Virus record (IMG/VR): IMGVR_UViG_3300037424_003032
Span: 1 to 34,519 of that record
Reading direction: 5' to 3' (one strand)
Length of the DNA stretch: 34,519 bases
Source of the DNA: a virus
Lineage: Duplodnaviria > Caudoviricetes
The translations under genes and the position numbers were made by a program. Position 1 is the first letter of the stretch. The number at the start of each line of letters is the position of its first letter. Positions 28,178 through 34,519 of the stretch are shown here, one piece after another. Below the pieces are notes generated by a model. It worked only from the letters and a program-made list of their open reading frames with translations. It made no database searches and was not told where the DNA came from.

Positions 28178-28381
28178 TTAACGATAGGCGGCGCGAATAT
28201 CAACGCGCTCATAGCCACGGCTCATGAACTGCTCTCGAATTGTTTCAGGCGTCAATTCGAGGACTTCGACCAAAATCTCGAACCAGTCGGAGTGAACGAA
28301 TTCCACTACGTCCGCCTGGAACTCTGGGTTATCCCAGTCCTGAACTGCTTTGAGCAATATTGCACCAAGCAATCTGTTCAT
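28178..28381 (-). CDS. Small phage-type hypothetical protein
   Basis: LLGAILLKAVQDW ... FVHSDWF pattern that I recall from small prophage proteins; AAAGGA RBS. Confidence 0.75.
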   Translation of the reverse strand: MNRLLGAILLKAVQDWDNPEFQADVVEFVHSDWFEILVEVLELTPETIREQFMSRGYERVDIRAAYR

Positions 28382-28412
28382 TATGTTTCCTTTCTACGGC
28401 ATCACCGCAAAC

Positions 28413-28453
28413 AAAAAAGGCCCAGCACACCTGTTTTTGTGTGCTGGGCCTTT
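28413..28453 (-). terminator. Leader terminator (attenuator) upstream of the 67-aa gene
   Basis: 15-bp stem AAAGGCCCAGCACAC/GTGTGCTGGGCCTTT with T6 on the minus strand. Confidence 0.8.
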
Positions 28454-28557
28454 GCCAGAAAAAAAACCCAAGCACACATGATCAAAACAACGTACAACTT
28501 ATTATGATCTGTGCGTCTTGGGCAACTGATGTGGCAGCCCAAATGCAGCTTAATCTA

Positions 28558-28587
28558 ATTATACAATTTTATGAATTAAATTGTCAA
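28558..28587 (-). promoter_or_regulatory. Consensus promoter TTGACA-18-TATAAT
   Basis: Both hexamers perfect, in AT-rich context. Confidence 0.75.
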
Positions 28588-28617
28588 TTAATAACTTGCC
28601 ATCTTTTCAAAAGTCAT

Positions 28618-28631
28618 TTCCGACGTCGGAA
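28618..28631. repeat. TTCCGACGTCGGAA palindrome at right edge of phage module
   Basis: Exact 14-bp palindrome about 30 bp upstream of the -35 box. Confidence 0.95.
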
Positions 28632-28756
28632 TACTAGCAAATCGCCCCGCGCCACCCTCTCTTCACGGCAAGAAATCCTCAGGCATTTCTGTAACAGAAT
28701 CAACGATAACCACTTCTCCATCTCCTAGAAAGTCAACTCTTAGCTCTGACTGGGTA

Positions 28757-29104
28757 TTATTTCGTCACTACTACAAATATCATTCCTCGTTTCCTGCACC
28801 AATTCTTTGCCGCTTCGTGTTTTCTCATGGTGTCTAGATTTTTCATATACTGGCCGCCTTTGATTTCGTGAAGCTCCTTTGAGCCATCAATTCTTTCAAG
28901 TAGAAAATCAGGGCGGTAGCCACGCACGTTACCCGCCTCAGTTACGTATTGAATGGTGATACCATGATTTTTTGTCCATTTGATTACCGTTTTATCGCGT
29001 TCTAGCCGCTTCATATACTCACGCTCCCAGCCGCTGTCAAATCGCTCAACGGAGAATGCGCTTTTAGTGGGATTTTCAAAGTCGCCATGCTCGCTGGTTG
29101 CCAT
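28757..29104 (-). CDS. Stand-alone PD-(D/E)xK endonuclease (TnsA-N-like; equivalent to Type III Res nuclease domain)
   Basis: FDSGWE, WTKN, YRPDFL and EIKG motifs; GGAGG RBS inside the end of the helicase gene. Confidence 0.85.
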   Translation of the reverse strand: MATSEHGDFENPTKSAFSVERFDSGWEREYMKRLERDKTVIKWTKNHGITIQYVTEAGNVRGYRPDFLLERIDGSKELHEIKGGQYMKNLDTMRKHEAAKNWCRKRGMIFVVVTK

Positions 29105-29105
29105 T

Positions 29106-31100
29106 TTATTCCTCCACCTTGTAAATGACGATGCTATTTACTAAGCCTGGTTTGGCTTTGATGTTTGCGTGCATTTTACCGATGCGGTTAAGCGCGTGGC
29201 GCAATTCTTCAAGACTAGCTGTGCCAACAGTTTTTTCATTTAGCATCTTACGGTTCACGTGGTTCATAAGCGCTCCGTAGAAGTAGCCGAGTTCATGCGA
29301 TCCAACACCTTCATCAGCTAATAATTCAGCAGCAATGTCGCGAACACTATTTTTCAAACGGTCTGCAAGTTCTACAGGGTCGGTAATATCTTCAATTGGC
29401 ATTTTGATATCGAACCCGACCGGAGCTCCGCGTATTTCTCGAAAACCGGAGCCATCCAGCGCTTGGCCTTGCACGCTTTCAATTTCAACACGAGTGATTT
29501 CAGTTTCCACACTATAGTCGAATTCATCGAGGATCTTTTGCCAGTTGGGGTAATCGCCCGTTTCAACGTAAAGGCCGGCTAACTCATCATCAAAATCTGC
29601 CTTCTCTTCTTCAAGCGGAGTAGGAATTTCGATTAGCAGTTCGGGGTTGGCGACAAATTGCGGTTTGCGTTTGGGCGGTAGATCTTCATCACCGAACATG
29701 CTCAACTGCTCAACATTCTTACGAACTTTCGCGCCGACCATTTCCCACAGCCAGTCATGCTGAAGTTTTTCATGATCGATAATGGCGCAGATCTCTTGAA
29801 TATCTTCATTACGCACGTTGAGGCGTAAGCCGCGTCCGACTACCTGTTGACCATAGACACGCGATGAGAACTTACGCAGCAACAAAATGACTGAAACAGC
29901 GGGAACGTCCCAGCCTTCACGTAGCATGAGCACGCTGACGACTGCCTGATAAGGGCTACCAGATTTGCCCAATCTGCGAGCTTCATCGCGCTCTTTTTCA
30001 TCAGATTGTTCTGTGACAAGCAGTGTGCGGACCTTGAACTCCTTTTCGAGCATATCACGTGCTTGGATGGCGTCTTTTATAGTAATTGCGACAACAAATA
30101 ATATCGGCTTGTACGTGCTTTTGCCTAATGTCGTGGCGCGCCGGTCTTGTTCCTTCAGACGGTCTAGTGCAATGCGCATTTGTTTGCGCATCGGGTCGGC
30201 GTCTGTAACCCACTGGGTGGAGCTCAAACCTTTTTCGATCCGCTCAAATTCCTCATCCATCTCGTCCACAGTACGCTTTTCACCAGTTTCAGGGTTTGTG
30301 TATGTCAATTCTACAGACGAGAGTTTTGGCTGATAGACTACGATATGTTTGATGATAGGCGGTACTTCGGCTTGAGCATCGGTAATCCCGTATTCGTAGA
30401 TCATCTTGCTGTCAGGCGCTTGACCATCAGCGCGGTCGGGCGTGGCAGTAGTGTCCAGCCGAAATTTGGAAAGCTGTGTGAGGATGAAGAGTGTCCTGTC
30501 GTATTCCGCGGCTGGTGTGTTGTGCGCCTCGTCGTTGAACACAGCTATTTTTTCATCAGCATTCATCAAAACCGCTAAATTTCGCTTGCCGTTGCTGTTG
30601 GACTGATATAGTTGCTGGATATTGCCAAGAATAACCCCGTTATCACGAATGCCCTGCGGGCTTGACCCTGGCTCCATAACATGACAGCCCAATTCATTGA
30701 CAAAATGCTCTGTACCAGGAGGAAAAAATGCGAATTCCCGGAACACTTTGCTGTCATTGAAATCATCTTCTAGACGGTCACGTACGATGGTATTAGGGCA
30801 TAACAAGATAAACTTGTTGAAGCCATGACTTATTTTCAGCCATGCCACAACTGCCCCCATGATAGCAGTCTTACCTCCACCCGTGACAATGTTGAGAAGT
30901 TGTTCGTGCCACTGAAGCAATTCATAAGCATAAACCATCCGCATGAGAGCTTCTTCTTGGTGTCGCCACAATTTGCGAGGCGCGTCTGGTCGGGTTATGT
31001 GGACCAAGAAATCGCGCGTCAATGGACTGACATCCGGATAGGCGCGGGATTGCCACCAATCGGTAAAATCCTGTACGTATGGCGCAAAAGAGTTATACAT
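29106..31100 (-). CDS. Type III restriction Res-like SF2 helicase lacking its nuclease domain
   Basis: TGGGKT, DEAH, TATP, MLREGWDV and QVVGRGLR motifs. Confidence 0.9.
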   Translation of the reverse strand: MYNSFAPYVQDFTDWWQSRAYPDVSPLTRDFLVHITRPDAPRKLWRHQEEALMRMVYAYELLQWHEQLLNIVTGGGKTAIMGAVVAWLKISHGFNKFILLCPNTIVRDRLEDDFNDSKVFREFAFFPPGTEHFVNELGCHVMEPGSSPQGIRDNGVILGNIQQLYQSNSNGKRNLAVLMNADEKIAVFNDEAHNTPAAEYDRTLFILTQLSKFRLDTTATPDRADGQAPDSKMIYEYGITDAQAEVPPIIKHIVVYQPKLSSVELTYTNPETGEKRTVDEMDEEFERIEKGLSSTQWVTDADPMRKQMRIALDRLKEQDRRATTLGKSTYKPILFVVAITIKDAIQARDMLEKEFKVRTLLVTEQSDEKERDEARRLGKSGSPYQAVVSVLMLREGWDVPAVSVILLLRKFSSRVYGQQVVGRGLRLNVRNEDIQEICAIIDHEKLQHDWLWEMVGAKVRKNVEQLSMFGDEDLPPKRKPQFVANPELLIEIPTPLEEEKADFDDELAGLYVETGDYPNWQKILDEFDYSVETEITRVEIESVQGQALDGSGFREIRGAPVGFDIKMPIEDITDPVELADRLKNSVRDIAAELLADEGVGSHELGYFYGALMNHVNRKMLNEKTVGTASLEELRHALNRIGKMHANIKAKPGLVNSIVIYKVEE

Positions 31101-33139
31101 CAGGCAATCTCTAACATTTGAACAGTCGTTCGCTCGCCGCCTTGGTCATCCTGCACGGAGCAGGCAATTGTATACGTACCAGGATCGGGAAATTCGTATT
31201 CAACTACCAAGAGTGGCCGCTTGGTCTGTTTATCGCGCAAAAAAGTGTAACCTTGGGTCGAAGTGAAATGCCCTTCATGATGATCAAAATCCCACTGGAC
31301 GTTGGCAATTACACCGTCTTTGTTCAGACTAACTGTTTCCGAAACATCAAAGCGATAGTTGCGTTTGCCTATACGTTCGATCTTGATGCGTACTTCAGGC
31401 GGTTGGACGAAACTGAGCAAGGGCGCATATTCGACGCTTTTATCTACGATGTGTTGGCGAAATTCTTCATCCTCCAGCCGGATCAAATTTAGTCGCACGA
31501 AATCAATACGCTTGTTCTCACGCGCCGCAAGAATTTCAGCAGCTTTCCTCGCATCGGGGCCAAAGTTCCAGCCGAGCATCACGCCATGATTGACGCGACG
31601 TTCTTCGTAGACGGCTTTGGCGAATTCTGCCACCTCTCCTTTGCCAATGCGTGAGCGCCGAGAGGGGTTTCCCACATATAGCGGGATACCATAGCGCGTG
31701 CCATGAATAGAAATTGACACGTTTTCCGGCTTGCCTCCGAACGCTCTGACAACGAACTCGCGAAATATTTCGATTGGATATTGCTCCAGTTTTGGCGCTT
31801 CGTAAATCCCCCAATGCTCGACAGTAAAATCAGGTACGGGGAACAGAGCGCCAATTTCCTCCTCGACCACCTTTGCGACGCGGTCGGCTGTGATCGCAAC
31901 GGCAATGCGGCTCTGGTCACAAGAAATCCAACGACGATTAAGCCGTTGGGCAACAGCGGGCGTTGTCCCACCACCGCAAAAGAAGTCGGCAACGACATCG
32001 CCTTCATTGGATGATGCAGTGACAATCCGTTCAATCAAAGGCTCCGGCTTTTGTGTTGGATAACCAATACGCTCATTTGATGTTGCATTGATGACATTTA
32101 AATTCCACACGTCAGTCATGGCGACGCCGGTTTTTAAGTAAACCTTGGCACGATATTTTTGCCCATCTGGATCACGTCTGGTTGTCAATCGGTATTTGCC
32201 ATCTTTATCTTCGTATTTATAACGGCTATCTCGCTCATCTAGTGAGCCTTGCGAATACTCTTGCAAAAGGGTATTGAAATTAAATTCAGGTGATTTGGAA
32301 TAAAAAAGGAGAGTGTCATGCTTCCTTTGAAAATGGGTTTCATTTTGCGTCGCTTTTGGGCCATAATACCAGACGATTTCATTGACATAATTTTCCACCC
32401 CGAAAATCTTGTCCATCTCTACTTTCACGTAGTGGCTTGCGTGCCAATCCAAATGCACATAAATCGAGCCGGTCGATTTGAGCAGGCGTTTCATTTCCCA
32501 CAGGCGCGCATTGAGCCAAACCAAATAGCCAGGCATACCACCTTCCCAAATATCTGAAAAGGAGCGCACTTCGTTCTTGTCGCCAAAGAGAACGTTGTAA
32601 TTTCTTCCAGAGAAGAAGGGCGGGTCAATGTAGATAAGGTCAATACTTTCACTGGGTAGTTGGCGCATCACGTGCAGGTTATCGCCAAAGAATAATCGGT
32701 TCGCTCCTGTTGGGAATAAGGCAGCCAGTTTTTTGTTTTTCTGATTATCTTCTAAATAACGTTCGCTATGCCCGAACTCAATTCGCTGAACTTCCTGGAA
32801 GGGCAAACGAATTGTCGGATAAGCATGCTGGAACTTCGTCACCTTCACTTCATGCCGGCGGGTCTCTACTTCCCAGCCGAGAGGGGCTTCGTCCACAGGT
32901 ACAGCCCCGAAGCGCGTTGGCAGTTGGAAATATTCCTTCTGTTCAGGAATGGTCTCATCTTCCTCAGGTGGTTGAGTGAATGAAATCTCGGGACTTTTTG
33001 GCCTGGCGTACCCGTATCCTGGCAGTTCGGAGAAAAATCGTGCAGTATCATCTGCCGTTTTTTTGGATTTCATGGAAGGCGGTTCTATTCCGCTGAGGCT
33101 GGCCTGTAGACGAGACAATTTCTTCTTTTTGCGTGGCAT
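31100..33139 (-). CDS. Beta-class N6A/N4C DNA methyltransferase (Mod-like) with REase-like and PKD-like C-terminal domains
   Basis: IYIDPPF, YPTQKP, DFFCGGGTT; C-terminal VQWDFD...YEFPDPGTYTI..V.DD.GG. Confidence 0.9.
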   Translation of the reverse strand: MPRKKKKLSRLQASLSGIEPPSMKSKKTADDTARFFSELPGYGYARPKSPEISFTQPPEEDETIPEQKEYFQLPTRFGAVPVDEAPLGWEVETRRHEVKVTKFQHAYPTIRLPFQEVQRIEFGHSERYLEDNQKNKKLAALFPTGANRLFFGDNLHVMRQLPSESIDLIYIDPPFFSGRNYNVLFGDKNEVRSFSDIWEGGMPGYLVWLNARLWEMKRLLKSTGSIYVHLDWHASHYVKVEMDKIFGVENYVNEIVWYYGPKATQNETHFQRKHDTLLFYSKSPEFNFNTLLQEYSQGSLDERDSRYKYEDKDGKYRLTTRRDPDGQKYRAKVYLKTGVAMTDVWNLNVINATSNERIGYPTQKPEPLIERIVTASSNEGDVVADFFCGGGTTPAVAQRLNRRWISCDQSRIAVAITADRVAKVVEEEIGALFPVPDFTVEHWGIYEAPKLEQYPIEIFREFVVRAFGGKPENVSISIHGTRYGIPLYVGNPSRRSRIGKGEVAEFAKAVYEERRVNHGVMLGWNFGPDARKAAEILAARENKRIDFVRLNLIRLEDEEFRQHIVDKSVEYAPLLSFVQPPEVRIKIERIGKRNYRFDVSETVSLNKDGVIANVQWDFDHHEGHFTSTQGYTFLRDKQTKRPLLVVEYEFPDPGTYTIACSVQDDQGGERTTVQMLEIA

Positions 33140-33334
33140 TGGAATCCTCCTCTACCTTCCTGACTGCGATAAATTAAGGATACAGGAGAACCGCTGTCAA
33201 CGCAATCCCCCGCGAGGCAGTGTAGGTAATAGGTAGCCCGAGTTAATGAAGTGATTGTGGATAACCTGCTGAAATTCTATCATAATGCGCGCCGCGATAT
33301 TCTACTATCAAAAATTAGAGTTGGCTGGCTGGTT

Positions 33335-34519
33335 TTAGCCCTCCTTCTTTCCAAGTAAGTAATCGGGCATAAGGAATTCTTGGGGGATTTCCTTTTCTCT
33401 TGGAAGGTAGATAGCAACCGGTATTCTAAGACGTGATAAATATCGGCACATCAATGGTCCAACATCCTTCCATTCTAGTTTGCCAAGCCCACATCCCAGG
33501 GCGGGAAGAGCTATTGACCTGATACCTTCAGCCTCATAGTTTTCAACAATCCATTGCAAGCCTTCTTCAATCGCTTTCAGGTCAGAGTTATCTCGCCAGT
33601 GGCGCTTAGTCGCGAATAACAAAAACCACTTGACAGTATTCGGTATATCTAATGCGCCAGGTTCATCTGTTAGTTCTTCATCAAATGAGGCCTCCCGCTT
33701 ATAAAGATATGGTCTACCCATCTTTAACCGGTTCATTCGGCAAGCATCTTGATAAAAAACATACACATCTGGGAACTGATACTTCGTTCGTGAGGCAAGA
33801 CCTTTTCCCATAACGCCTACAACATTTACGCTCACGGTTAAGGTCTGCATTTTGGAGAAGAACATATCCCCGTCAGCAAGGGATAGATTATTGGTGACCC
33901 GGTATCCTTGAGCGGGAAGGAAGAACATTGTTGGCTCGGGGATTACTGGCAATGGTTTTGGATGTATGATTTGCCTTACATGATCGGCGACATTGTGATT
34001 CTTGACGAAAATGCTATGAATAAGATCAGGGGGTATGGATGATGGTACTAAACACTCTGCCATGATTTTTCTCTTTGAACCATCAGCCGAGTTCCACCAT
34101 TCTCCTGTTAGGGTATTCCAAATTTCAGTAATTACTTTGATGCCTTCTTTAAGATTATAAAATTCTGTTACGTTGTTCGCAGCGTTTCCATCGGTTATAT
34201 AGACCCCGGGTGCTTCAAGGACACGCGGTGCTATGCCTAAAATGACAATTTCCTCAGCACCAATCTCGTGTACAACGCGATAGAGCATTGGGTTTCGTGC
34301 TTGAAAATATACATTTGCATATTCCCAAAGACTTTGGTCATCTGGTGTTGTCTTCAACTGTCGGTGACCGACAATCTCAGCATCGTATATCGTTGTATAC
34401 TGAATTTGATTATCTGTGATGTAGCGATGTGACAATATACCGTGCGTCAGAATAGATTGCAGGTTACTGATATGTGTGATGTAGTAGAGGCTTTTTATTT
34501 GTGGTTTCTTCTTAGCCAT
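33335..34519 (-). CDS. DarT (DUF4433) DNA ADP-ribosyltransferase fused to DarG-type macrodomain
   Basis: DarT: LYYITHISNL.SIL..GILS, YFQARNPMLY, TDGNAA, AECLV. Macro: GDMF, VNVVGVMGKGLA, FATK.HW, SIALPALGCGLG. Confidence 0.9.
   Translation of the reverse strand: MAKKKPQIKSLYYITHISNLQSILTHGILSHRYITDNQIQYTTIYDAEIVGHRQLKTTPDDQSLWEYANVYFQARNPMLYRVVHEIGAEEIVILGIAPRVLEAPGVYITDGNAANNVTEFYNLKEGIKVITEIWNTLTGEWWNSADGSKRKIMAECLVPSSIPPDLIHSIFVKNHNVADHVRQIIHPKPLPVIPEPTMFFLPAQGYRVTNNLSLADGDMFFSKMQTLTVSVNVVGVMGKGLASRTKYQFPDVYVFYQDACRMNRLKMGRPYLYKREASFDEELTDEPGALDIPNTVKWFLLFATKRHWRDNSDLKAIEEGLQWIVENYEAEGIRSIALPALGCGLGKLEWKDVGPLMCRYLSRLRIPVAIYLPREKEIPQEFLMPDYLLGKKEG

Larger units (their letters stand above)
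1502..28631 (-). mobile_element. Prophage (or GTA-like) packaging, head and tail module
   Basis: Co-oriented, tightly coupled terminase-portal-capsid-tail genes; boundaries approximated by base-composition change and terminal palindromes; no att sites or integrase seen. Confidence 0.85.

Noticed and set aside
1502-28631. Terminal palindromes as attL/attR
   Set aside because: Identical copies occur internally, flanking identity does not extend, and no integrase is present in the window.
27000-28750. tRNA, tmRNA or a named riboswitch in the long intergenic region
   Set aside because: No cloverleaf or recognisable aptamer consensus seen by eye; an Rfam/Infernal search is needed to exclude it fully.
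28757-29104. Tn7-like transposon suggested by the TnsA-like nuclease
   Set aside because: No TnsB/C/D or transposon ends; motifs and position fit the Type III Res nuclease domain.
31100-33139. Mod methyltransferase as the cause of the iterated palindrome
   Set aside because: Type III targets are short and asymmetric; nothing in the sequence links the two.
33256-33264. Perfect DnaA box TGTGGATAA (near-matches at 27182 and 27923)
   Set aside because: Isolated sites without the clustering expected of an origin; compatible with chance.

Overview
About 27 kb (1.5-28.7 kb) of this window is one minus-strand, siphovirus-type virion morphogenesis module. In gene order it encodes an LL-H holin, nucleases, a large terminase, portal, metallophosphoesterase, scaffold, N4-gp56-like capsid, head-tail proteins, tail tube, frameshifted tail chaperones, a 1870-aa tape measure-type protein, tail-tip proteins and a collagen-containing fibre. 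I recognise no integrase, repressor, replication gene, small terminase or endolysin in the window. The left flank is AT-rich cargo (membrane protein, TylM1/DesVI-like methyltransferase). The right flank is a defence cluster (single-chain DarT-macrodomain fusion; Type III-like Mod plus a Res split into helicase and nuclease genes). Most unusual signals: (1) a sigma70 region-2-like segment at the N-terminus of the tape measure protein; (2) a 12-bp palindrome TCCGACGTCGGA repeated every 2-5 kb across, and only across, the phage module; (3) four sigma70 promoter + hairpin units (candidate small RNAs) next to a divergent promoter/operator pair; (4) several RNA switch-like leaders; (5) a membrane-anchored HTH protein and a GIY-YIG nuclease with the same HTH, sitting where TerS is expected. 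All family calls come from motif recognition by eye, not database searches.
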